Below, one piece after another: positions 1 through 16,610 of a DNA stretch of 64,000 nt; the first letter of the stretch is position 1; each line of letters starts with the position of its first letter. Position numbers and translations under genes: made by a program. The notes under the pieces are model-generated. The model had not been told where the DNA came from and made no database searches. It saw only the letters and a program-made list of their open reading frames with translations. The stretch is taken from NCBI RefSeq assembly GCF_009914755.1, contig NC_060927.1; one strand, written 5' to 3'. This DNA comes from the human T2T-CHM13v2.0 reference genome, Homo sapiens.

Positions 1-92
1 GAGGGATATGGAGTGTGTCGGGGAGGCAGCAGCCCATTTCTGGGTATGCTCCACTCTCCGGGCTGCCTGGGCTGGTGGGAAGCTGTGGGTAG

Positions 93-691
<599 letters not shown>

Positions 692-732
692 TAGGGCAGG
701 GCCACTGTTGACCAGAGTGGATTAATGGCTAA

Positions 733-867
<135 letters not shown>

Positions 868-1079
868 TGAGTGTCCTCCATTCCTACTCCTCCACAATGT
901 CCCCACTGGTCCAGTGGATTGAAGCAGGACCTGAGGGGGTGATTGGAGAAACTCAAGGCCAAGGAACACCGTGACCTCTTGGACAGGAACTACTGCCATG
1001 ACCATTGCATGGATAGGGAGATTCAGACCAGAGAGGGGCAGGGACTTTCTGGAGTCCCTATCAGGGTGTGGCAGGGTAA

Positions 1080-1581
<502 letters not shown>

Positions 1582-1852
1582 GTAAGTATGAGCTTGGAGG
1601 GAGGGCTCACTCTACAGGCGGGAGGCTAGGCCAGAAAGGGCACGGTCCTATGCAGGGTTGCACAGCAAAGTTGAGGCCTGAGAAGGCCTTGAACCCAGGG
1701 CCTCTACCTCCCAGCTCTTTCCTATCTGAGCTTCTCTGAGGGCAAGCCCTGAATGGGCAGAAACCAGCTGTATGCTACGGGCCCTGAGTGGGGACAGGAC
1801 CCTGCCAGAGGAGCCTGGAATGAGGGGGAGACCTGGGCCCACCCCAGGCTGA

Positions 1853-2029
<177 letters not shown>

Positions 2030-2066
2030 TGAGGCCACTGTCCCATTTAACCTCATATTCTCATAG

Positions 2067-2445
<379 letters not shown>

Positions 2446-2475
2446 TGAAGGATCAGCTCGTCTCCCTTCTCTTAG

Positions 2476-2544
2476 GCTTTTGAGGAGCAGCTGCAGAGCT
2501 GGTGCCAGGCAGCTGGCGAGGGGGTCACCCTAGAGTTTGCTCAG
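2476..2544 (+). CDS. ACY1: ACY1 exon (AFEEQLQSWCQAAGEGVTLEFAQ)
   Basis: AG/GT boundaries, in frame. Confidence 0.95.
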
Positions 2545-2797
2545 GTATGGACTTGGGACATGTGATGGGAGAGTGTGGGAGCCGGGGGAGACCCAAGTGT
2601 GCAACAGTGGAGTGTGTGCTTGGTGTGTCTGCATATGTCTGGGCATTTCTTTATCTGTGACAGACACATTTTATTCCAACAAGCATTCATTGTAGAGGCC
2701 ACTGTGGGTGCTGGGGAATGCTGTGGGGAGTAAAATTAGGCACAGTTCATGCCCTTGTATGGTGAAACGGGGAGATATAAATCAAACATTTATGTGA

Positions 2798-3167
<370 letters not shown>

Positions 3168-3287
3168 TGAGAGGTCTGGGGGAGCCATCTTGAGGAAGGG
3201 GCACTTGGGCTAGGATCTGAAGGATGGACAGGAGGTAAGTAGACGGAGGGTGGGAAGGTCCCAGACCTAGGACATTTGAGGGGCTGA

Positions 3288-3524
<237 letters not shown>

Positions 3525-3685
3525 TGAGCACGCTGGCCAGCTCTCCTCACAGCCCAGCCCCCTACTCCTCTCCTTCCTGCTGCCCCCTCCCTTCTCCCTC
3601 CTTCTCCCACCTCTTTCCCACCTTCCTTTGCCCCTTCAATTCTTCGCTTTCTCCCTCCCCATTCATCAGGCTCTTTCTCCTACAG

Positions 3686-3746
3686 GAACCTCACTCTGGA
3701 GCCTGAGATCATGCCTGCTGCCACTGACAACCGCTATATCCGCGCG
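3686..3746 (+). CDS. ACY1: ACY1 exon ([20 protein letters not shown])
   Basis: AG/GT boundaries, in frame. Confidence 0.95.
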
Positions 3747-3830
3747 GTGAGCCACTTGCATATAGTGCCTGGGCAGTGGACTGGGCCTGAGTGCTGGCTT
3801 TTCCCTAACGGCTCTTCCTCACCCCTGCAG

Positions 3831-3995
3831 GTGGGGGTCCCAGCTCTAGGCTTCTCACCCATGAACCGCACACCTGTGCTGCTGCACGACCACGATGAAC
3901 GGCTGCATGAGGCTGTGTTCCTCCGTGGGGTGGACATATATACACGCCTGCTGCCTGCCCTTGCCAGTGTGCCTGCCCTGCCCAGTGACAGCTGA
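3831..3995 (+). CDS. ACY1: ACY1 last coding exon ([10 protein letters not shown]...LLHDHDE...ALPSDS*)
   Basis: CAG acceptor at 3828-3830; metal-binding His in LHDHDE; TGA at 3993-3995. Confidence 0.97.
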   Translation: MGVPALGFSPMNRTPVLLHDHDERLHEAVFLRGVDIYTRLLPALASVPALPSDS

Positions 3996-4074
3996 GCCCT
4001 GGAACTCCTAAACCTTTGCCCCTGGGGCTTCCATCCCAACCAGTGCCAAGGACCTCCTCTTCCCCCTTCCAAAT

Positions 4075-4080
4075 AATAAA
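4075..4080 (+). terminator. ACY1: ACY1 polyadenylation signal AATAAA
   Basis: AATAAA 80 nt after the stop codon. Confidence 0.9.
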
Positions 4081-4906
4081 GTCTATGGACAGGGCTGTCT
4101 CTGAAGTACTAACACAAGGACACTCGTGGAGCAAGAATTTTCCTTTTCCTGGGGACATGTTACCATCTCCATTTCACAGATGAGGAAACTGAGCCTGGCT
4201 GTTAGCACTTCCCCACTACCCCACACTGCTCTGTGCCCCTTGACACAGCACACCCATTCAGTACCATCCAGCCATGTCTGTGCCTAGCAAGAAAGGGCCA
4301 CAGTTCCTATTTGAGTGGCCACCATACTTAGTTCTGACCTATCAGGGATTCCATTCCCATTAAAGAGGGATACTAAGGACCTCAGGAACCACTCCCATCT
4401 TCCTGGGTGTACATCTGGGATCCTGAGACAGTACCAGAATAGCACCAGCTGGGCCCCTGCTAGATGAGGGGCAGGCAGAGGGCCAACGGTGACTGCTGGC
4501 TCCTGTCAAAACCTGTACACCCTTGTGTTGGCAGCAGGGGCCACAGAGGGGCAGGGTCCCTGGTAGACTAGGTCAGTTCATCTTAGAGGCCTCAGCACCC
4601 TGGATCTGTGTGTGCAGAGGCCCAGGAACTGGGCTTTCATCTCAGCCTTGCTAGGACCCCCAGGTAGTACCAAGAGTAAACTATGGCCCCAGTAGCAGAG
4701 CCTGATCTAGCCAGATCTGCTCTATCCTGTTCTGACTTCCCTGAGCATGGGGCAGGAGAGACAGGGCTGGGGTGGGATAGTTGGATTTTTTAAGTTTCTA
4801 GTTGTAGCCAGAAGTCCAGAGCCTGGCTCTGGGCTGCAGGCTTAGTACTAATAGAAATAACAATCACTCCTGCTCACAGTTGACAAGGAGCCAGGACTTG
4901 ACTGGC

Positions 4907-5294
4907 TTTTTTTTTTTTTTTTTTTTTTTTGAGATGGAGTCTTTCTCTGTCGCCCAGGCTGGCGTGCAGTGGCGCGATCTCGGCTCACTGCAAACTCCGC
5001 TTCCTGGGTTCACGCCATTCTCCTGCCTCAGTTTCCTGAGTAGTTGGGACTACAGGCCCCCGCCACCACGCCCAGCTTTTTGTATTTTTAGTAGAGACGG
5101 GGTTTCACCTCCGCCTCCCAGGTTCAAGGGATTCTCCTGCCTCAGCCTCCCAAGTAGCTGGGACTACATGCGCGTGCCACCACGGCCGGCTAATTTTTGT
5201 ATTTTTAGTAGAGACGGTTTCACCACGTTGAACAGGATGATTTCGATCTCTTGACCTCAGGGGATCCGCCTGCCTCGGCCTCCCAAAGTGCTGG
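4907..5294 (-). mobile_element. Alu, main part (right arm partly duplicated), interrupted by LTR12C
   Basis: Poly-T followed by Alu consensus; breaks at CCCAAAGTGCTGG. Confidence 0.9.
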
Positions 5295-6546
5295 TGAGAG
5301 GTGACAGCGTGCTGGCAGTCCTCACAGCCCTCGCTCGCTCTCCCCGCCTCCTCTGCCTCGGCTCCCACTTTGGTGGCACTTGAGGAGCCCTTCAGCCCAC
5401 CGCTGCACTGTAGGAACCCCTTTCTGGGCTGGCCAAGGCCAGAGCCGGCTCCCTCAGTTCGCAGGGAGGTGTGGAGGGAGAGGCGCGAGCGGGAACCGGG
5501 GCTGCCCGCCGCGCTTGCGGGCCAGCTGGAGTTCCGGGTGGGCGTGGGTTTGGCGGGCCCCGCACTCGCACTCGGAGCAGCCGGCCGGCCCTGCCGTCCC
5601 CGCCGTCCCCGGGCAATGAGGGGCTTAGCACCCGGGCCAGTGGCTGCGGAGGGTGTACTGGGTCCCCCAGCAGTGCCAGGCCACCGGCGCTGCTCTCGAT
5701 TTCTCACCGGGTCTTAGCTGCCTTCCCGCGGGTCAGGGTTTGGGACCTGCAGCCCACCATGCCTGAGCCTCCCACCCCCTCCACTGGCTCCCGTGCGGCC
5801 CCAGCCTCCCCCATGAGCGCCGCCCCCCGCTCCACGGCACCCAGTCCCATCCACCACCCAAGGGCTGAGGAGTGCGGGCTCACGGAGCAGGACTGGCAGG
5901 CAGCTCCACCTGCAGCCCCGGTGCGGGATCCACTGGGTGAAGCCAGCTGGGCTCCTGAGTCTGGTGGGGACGTGGAGAACCTTTATGTCTAGCTCAGGGA
6001 TTGTAAATACACCAATCGGCATTCTGTATCTAGCTCAAGGTTTGTAAACACACCAATCAGCACCCTGTGTCTAGCTCAGGGTTTGTGAATACACCAATGG
6101 ACACTCTGTATCTAGCTACTCTGGTGGGGCCTTGGAGAACCTTTATGTCTAGCTCAGGGATTGTAAATGCACCAATCAACGCCCTGTCAAAACAGACCAC
6201 TGGGCTCTACCAATCAGCAGGATGTGGGTGGGGCCAGATAAGAGAATAAAAGCAGGCTGCCGGAGCCAGCAGGAGCAACCCACTGGGGTCCCTTTCCCCA
6301 CCGTGGAAGCTTTGTTCTTTTGCTCTTTGGGTCCACACTGCCTTTATGAGCTGTAACACTCACCACCAAGGTCTGCAGCTTCACTCCTGAAGCCAGCGAG
6401 ATCACGAACCCACCAGAAGGAAAAAACTCTGAACATCAGAAGGAACAAACTCCAGACACGCCACCTTAAGAGCTGTAACACTCACCATGAGGGTCCGCAG
6501 CTTCATTATTGAAGTCGGTGAGACCAAGAACCCAATTCCGGACACA
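5295..6546 (+). mobile_element. Solo ERV9 LTR (LTR12C-type)
   Basis: Starts TGAGAGGTGACAGCGTGCTGGCAGTCCTCACAGCC, ends AATTCCGGACACA (TG...CA); CpG-rich U3; tandem CCAAT repeats; 4-bp TSD CTGG at 5291-5294 and 6547-6550. Confidence 0.95.
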
Positions 6547-6580
6547 CTGGGATTACAGGCGTGAGCCACCGCGCCCGGCC
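6547..6580 (-). mobile_element. 5' remnant of the Alu split by LTR12C
   Basis: CTGGGATTACAGGCGTGAGCCACCGCGCCCGGCC continues the Alu broken at 5294. Confidence 0.92.
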
Positions 6581-6666
6581 TAGACTGGCTTGCTTTTCAT
6601 TGAACCCTTACAGCAGTCTTGTGATGGAAGCCGGGTCCCACTAGTGATGCAGGAACAGGCTCCATT

Positions 6667-6950
6667 GGCCGGGTGCGGTTGCTCATGCCTGTAATCCTAA
6701 CACTGTGGGAGGCTGAGGCAGGCGGATTGCCTAAGCTCAGGAGTTCAAGACCAGCTTGGGCAACATGGCAAAACCCCCTCTCTACTGAAAATATAAAAAA
6801 AGTAGCCAGGCATGGTGCCATGTGCCTGTGGTCAAGAGGCTGATTCTGGAGAATTGCTTGAACCCAGGGGATGGAGGCTGCAGTGAACCGAGATCACGCC
6901 ACTGCATACCAGCCTGGGCGACAGAGCGAGACTCTCTCAAAAAAAAAGGA
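6667..6950 (+). mobile_element. Alu
   Basis: Alu consensus with A tail; flanking AACAGG(C/T)TCCA repeat. Confidence 0.9.
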
Positions 6951-8024
6951 AAAAGAAACAGGTTCCACTAATATAGTTTGCCCCAGACAACAGAGCTTGG
7001 AGGTGAAGGAGTTGAAACTCAAGAACTGGGAATTTGTGCTTCCTGAGCACAAGGCAGGTTCCATGTACAAGCTGGAGGCTGAGGGTAGCAGTTGGCTGTA
7101 ACCTTAAGCCCAGCTGAAGCCCTGACCTGGCCTCCCCCCTCAGACCGGAACTTGGTAAAGGGATCACTCCTTTTTCATGGCAGGATGGCTGGGGAAAGGA
7201 GAACCTTCACACCCCATGTCCAGGACACCAGCACAGAGACCTCACTTTGGAAGTCATCAACCTGGTGGCCTGTCTGGGCCAAACCACCTTCAGAACACAG
7301 AACCTGCTCTTGCTCCCTTTCAAACCCACCTCCACCTGTCATGCCTTGGCAAGGGGCAGTTGGCCACCCAGAGACTTCCAGGATTACAGTCAAGAGCTAG
7401 CAGCCCCAGCTCTGGTTGGGCAATTGAAACCTCCTAGGGCCCCACATGGACTGCCTAGATCAAATGCTACCCCCACCCCTTCGTAGGTTCATTATCTTCA
7501 ATATTTTCTCACCCGTGAAACAAAGATAATCATAATACCTACTTCAGAAGTAGGGGATCACATGCCATGGGCTGCACCTGCAGCTGTAGCATAACAGCAC
7601 CCCTTTAGGAGTTTCTAAAGTGTCCGAGGTTGGACCAAGGCTGGTTTTGAGGATTAAGTGCGGCCAGGAAGTGCCCACGTGGTGCCTTCTATAGGCAGCC
7701 TCCACAAAGGCTTACTATTACTTCAGTACTTTCTTCACTGACTGCTGAGGATAAAGACCTCCATGTGAAGCAGCTGACCCAGGGGCACAGAAGGGTCAGA
7801 ACCAGTCACGGGAGTAAGGCAGTGCCACTACCACCTGCCTTCCTGGGTCCCTAGCTGTTGGGGGACTAACATAGCCCAGAGCAGTGGATGCTGACCAGGT
7901 GCACCAAAAGAGCCCAAATCTGGGACACCTCAGGCCAGAGTGCAGAGCTGCTCAGCGGGGCCCCTTCCCCTCCCTTGCAGTAAGCTTTAAGACCTCATGA
8001 GGATGTTTAAGATTTCTCCCTTTG

Positions 8025-8347
<323 letters not shown>

Positions 8348-8559
8348 TTACACAGTCCAGCAAGCTATGTGCCCGAGCTTCCCAAAAGCCCCCAATCATT
8401 TCTCATTCATTAGGTCCTCCTCTTGCACTTCAGGGCCCCATCTCCTGACTCCCACCCACACCCCACCATCCAGACCCATGTCTTCTCCCACACCAACAGA
8501 TGGAGCAACCAAACCCATCCCCAGGATCATAGACAGAGGCTAACAAATCCTGCCTCAGG

Positions 8560-8565
8560 TTTATT
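8560..8565 (-). terminator. RPL29: RPL29 polyadenylation signal
   Basis: TTTATT (AATAAA on -) ~100 nt after the stop codon. Confidence 0.9.
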
Positions 8566-8668
8566 TGTACAAATAGCACAGGAGGACCCCAGCCCCATGC
8601 AGATGGTAGCCCAGGGGCGGGGGTGGGGGGTCGCACCAGTCCTTCTGTCCTCATGTTGGCAGAGATAT

Positions 8669-9154
<486 letters not shown>

Positions 9155-9889
9155 TCAACCTCAAATGTGGAAATACCCAACCTCTTGAAACTATTTCCAG
9201 AGAAAGTGTACCACCACCCCAGGGAGCCAATACGCCACCTGGGTAATGCTGTGCAGACCTCCTTCAAGAACAAAATTACAAGCTGCTTTGCTGCCCTGTC
9301 TGCCAAGGTTGTGGGGCTTCAACTTCCTACAGCAGGGGTTCGACCAAGTTTTTTCCTGACATCCCCTCAGGGACACCCCCTCCCCTCTTTAGAAGAAGGT
9401 GTCAATTAAATACCAAGTCTGGTCCAAAAGACTTATAGCCAAGGTGGGATATGGGGAAACTGAGGCTCAGAGTTTGTGATTCACTCCACGGAACAGAGAG
9501 CAAAAGTAAAGGGAAGGAACAGACTGGGGACATGCTCAGCTCTCCCCTAGACCCTCCAGCCTTCTCAGCTAATCCTTAGAACCCCCTGACACAGGAAGAG
9601 AAGCTGACCCCAACTCCAGCACTGGGTCAGATGGAGGTCATAAGGCTGGTCAGTGTGGGAATGTGCCCTGCACGCACTCAGACAAGGCCACTCCTTACCC
9701 TAAGTGCCACTGCCAAGCAAGGGAGATAGCCAAACTGCCCTCAGGAGGCAGGTTACACCCTGACCAGAGGGTTACACTTCAGGCTGTGGAGACCAAGGAA
9801 AGCTTTATTATGGGTCTGGTAGGGTAGAAAAAGGAATTGCAGGCTTTGGGTGGGCCAGTTAGGCTGTGCTCAGGCAGAAGCCAAAGCTA

Positions 9890-10129
<240 letters not shown>

Positions 10130-10350
10130 CTACAGCAGCTACACTTGAGATATGGGAAACCCTTACTACTAAATGCAAAACACTCTGTATCTCAAGTAGA
10201 TCTCTAAACCTATAAACCCTAAAGTTATTACTGGGTGAAATCAATCAGCCTCAGGCCCACAATGGAAACGTGCCCCTTCATCTCTGTCCCAGTTTGCCTG
10301 AACCAGTCCTTGCCAGGGTCTGGGATGTAGGCAGGGCCCAAAAAACTTAC

Positions 10351-10387
10351 ACTGGTTGTGTGTGGTGTGGTTCTTGGACTTGGCCAT
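10351..10387 (-). CDS. RPL29: RPL29 exon 2 coding part (MAKSKNHTTHNQ); the exon spans 10351-10395
   Basis: GACATGG strong Kozak context; eL29 N-terminus; GTAAGT donor. Confidence 0.98.
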
Positions 10388-10679
10388 GTCTGCACCTGGA
10401 AGACAAAAGTGGAGATCAGGGTTAAGGGCTCGCCAGGCTGGGCCACCTCTGCCCCCCCCATTCTGGTCAGAATGAGCCTGCAGGCAGAGAATGTGCAGCC
10501 TCCACGAGTCTCGGCTTACTCTGCACGACCAAACGCCAGTCCTGGCCTCCCAAACCCAGGTAATGATGCCCTGAAATCAACTCCTTACCCCCGGAAAGCT
10601 GCATTCCCCAATAAAGTGGCTTTCCCTGCCATCCCCCTCCTAGGACCTAGAAGCACCATTCCCACCCCGCAGCTTTTGC

Positions 10680-10990
10680 TCCCGACAGACACACGGTCGG
10701 TCACCAGTCCTCTCCGCAGCCCGCGCCCCGCCGCCACCCGTAAGTCGCGGATGGCATCGGATGCCGCGCGGCCAACACTCACCATAAGCCGCGGCTCCCG
10801 AAGCGCCTAGAACCGGAAGAGAAAGGGGCTGCGGTGCAGCACGGGAAATAGGGTCAACAACGCCGGAAAGTACTACTGGAAAAGCTTCCCCAGGCTCCGC
10901 GAAGAAAAGTTCCGAAGCCCGGAAGAACGCAAGCCAGACGTGGAGGCGGTGCTACGAGCTTGCCTCCGCCCCCTTCAGGCTGCCTCCTCC
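10680..10990 (-). promoter_or_regulatory. RPL29: RPL29 CpG-island promoter
   Basis: High CpG density; ETS/GABP-type CCGGAA at 10813, 10863, 10919; GC box CTCCGCCCCC at ~10964. Confidence 0.85.
10783..10828 (-). other. RPL29: RPL29 exon 1 (5' UTR) starting in a TCT/5'-TOP pyrimidine tract
   Basis: CCCCTTTCTCTTCC (10815-10828 on -), typical of ribosomal protein gene starts; GTGAGT donor at 10782. Confidence 0.9.
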
Positions 10991-11021
10991 CTTCTCTGTT
11001 TCTCCAGGACCTGTCTCTTAA

Positions 11022-11403
<382 letters not shown>

Positions 11404-11412
11404 TAAAAGCAC

Positions 11413-12950
<1,538 letters not shown>

Positions 12951-13370
12951 GTTCCTTGACAAGCCAGGTTCGTGGAGTGACAGACGCATACTGCAGAGGT
13001 TTAGGGAGTGAAGCGGAAAGGAGGTTGTGGAGGCAGGACATGTGGATGACTCATTACCAAAGCATTCCTGAGAAAGGGGAGAGAATTCTGACAGGTGTGA
13101 GTTGGGAGAATGAAAAGCAGGCTTATATACTGATGGATGATCTGGTGCCAAGAAAGAAACAGCTGAGCCCAGAGGAGAGTGTCTCTGCAGGAATAAAGTC
13201 CCTGTGGGGTGCTGAGCACAGGTAGAGAACCTGGTGGGCAAAGACAGGGGCTACAGGAGGTGGGGGTGGTGTGATGCCTGACAGCAAGTCAGGACTTCAG
13301 CTCAGGAAGTTGAAGAGGTGGCTGTGGAGACTGGGACAGGGAGGAGGAGGTCTGACTGCCACATCCTTGA

Positions 13371-13753
<383 letters not shown>

Positions 13754-14102
13754 TGTGATGACTTTAAAAGAACCAGGCTGCCCTGCTATGTGGCCTTCCA
13801 GCTGGGTAGCGACTCCCGCAGCTCCTAAAAAGTGAGTAGTGACTTGGTTTAGCTAGACTGTTACGACAGAGGCAGAAAAAGCAGTGAGCAGAAAGCCACG
13901 GTCTGACGGGGGAGGCAGATTCAGAGATGGACGATGGTCATGCAGTACCACTGGGGCTGTGTTAGGGATTGGCCCAGAGTTAAATCCCAGCTGTTAGGCA
14001 AGGGGGAGTCAGTGACAAGAATGAGGAACTTTGGCTGTGACCTGAGGGGACCTGTCCAGGAGCCAAAGGGGACCATGACCTGGAGCCACTGACCTGTCAT
14101 GC

Positions 14103-14410
<308 letters not shown>

Positions 14411-16001
14411 CCTGTCATGCTTTTCAAAGTGGGATGGATGGTAGGGTCATCCATGTCTATAAAGATAGTATTCTTTCTAGGGATAGTTTTCTTTATTTCT
14501 CCCTTCCTTCCTTTCTTCCTCCCTCCCTCCCTCCCTCCTTTCTTTCTTTTCTTCCTCCCTCCCTTTTTCACTCCTCTCTTTCATAAATGGAAACTTACAC
14601 TATATGAACTCTTCTGTAACCTGATTTTATGCATTTAGTCATAATTTGTGGACATCTTTCTCTGCTCATGAAAATCTTTTGTAATCTTAATCTATTTTAC
14701 ATATTTTGAAACATTATTTTGAGAAGAGGTCAATAAATATCACCATATGTCAATGGAGTCTCTGGCACACACATACAAAAAGGCAAAGAACTTAACCTTT
14801 CCTCTAGGGTTGACACACTCTCACCCTCCATGAGTGAGTGGTTCTTGCTCCATCTCAAATCTGCCTGGAGGCCGGGCTCCACTTGCCTCCTCCATGGAGT
14901 AGACTTGGGCAGAGCCACTATCTGGACTCAGCAGAGCATAAGCCAGGTCTCTCTCAAATGCCTTGGGCACAAGGCAGAGAAAGATGTGAGCCTGGGTGAC
15001 AAGATAGGGCTGGATGGGGCTGGATGTGATCAGCCCAACCCATGTGGCCTGCAAGGGTGTTGTCTTGACCAGGCCTTGTCCAGACCCATTACCCAATTCA
15101 AAGCCCGAGTAGGATCCCATAGTGTCTCCTCAGCAAAGTGATGGGGTTGGAGACCCCTGGGGTTGTTTTTGCAGTTCCTGTCACAGTCCCAGGAGTATAT
15201 GGGGACCTGATACATGTTTGAGGAGTTAAATGTGCACATTTCACAAATCCAGGAAGATGACAGAATCAGGGTGGAGAAGCCAGCTGGCCTGGAGGGATTT
15301 CTCAGAGATAAGAGTCAGCTCTTCTCCTGGACCCAGAGCCTTGCTTGCCAAGCCTCAGTTCCCAGCGTAACGTGGGGATAAAAATAGTAATAACCTCTTG
15401 GGGCTAAACTGGATAATTTGAGTAAAGCACAGAACACTATGTTAAGTACACAGTAGGTGCTCAATCATTGTTAGTCCCATCCATGCATCTTCCCCACAAG
15501 GCCTCAGGTGAGGGAGACGGGGCTTGGGGAAAGAAAATCAGTGGCAAGTGGATGCTAAAAATAAGGACAAGATCCAAGGAACAACAAGAGAAAGCCAAGG
15601 TGGAGGAAAGTGGCGGTGCTCGCGGGGGCTGGGTCCCTTCAGCCTCTGAGGTTCCTGAGATACAGGGACTACCAGTGTTTTCAGGTAAGAGGGACTGTGA
15701 AGGTTGTCAGAACCAGGGTGTTTTATCTGGTTGTTTTACCCCCACAAGACAGAAGTGTGGAGGTGGGGTGGGCTTTGGGACTTTGGATCTGCTTAGAACT
15801 TTCTGAGGGAGGGGCTACCTGATTCTGTGTGTCCCTAGAAGACAGAGCTGTGACTGAGGACAGCAAATGCCAGCTTCGTGGACAAGGGGCATTTTTGCAA
15901 TCAGAATTCCCTCCAAAATATGGGCTGCTCCCAGCAGTAGTGAGCTTCCTGATACAAGGGTTTTGCCAGCAGCGATTGAATGCCCTGGGGTTGGGGGTTT
16001 A

Positions 16002-16443
<442 letters not shown>

Positions 16444-16535
16444 TCAAAAGAGAGTCATTTCCAGCAGAAACTGGAAGGTGCGGCCCATTCCTCAGGTCAT
16501 CGCGCGCGCGCCCCTTTCAGCCCCAGGCCTGATCT

Positions 16536-16610
16536 CCCTCTGGGGGCGCACCTGGCCCACCTAGCCCAGGAGTGAGCCGGGATGTGAGCCTATCGTCCGC
16601 AAGGGGGCAG
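16536..16610 (+). promoter_or_regulatory. Two tandem CTCF-like motifs in a CpG-rich patch
   Basis: CCCTCTGGGGGCGC (16536-16549) and CCGCAAGGGGGCAG (16597-16610) resemble the CTCF core CCACCAGGGGGCGC. Confidence 0.65.

Noticed and set aside
3741-3743. ACY1 codon 353, site of the recurrent R353C deficiency allele
   Set aside because: Reads CGC (Arg); the visible exons splice in frame with no premature stop
5105-6022. Long overlapping ORFs (200, 173, 138 aa)
   Set aside because: They lie in the GC-rich U3 of LTR12C and the flanking Alu
10358-10810. 150-aa ORF antisense to RPL29 intron 1
   Set aside because: GTG start in CpG-island sequence, no homology recognised
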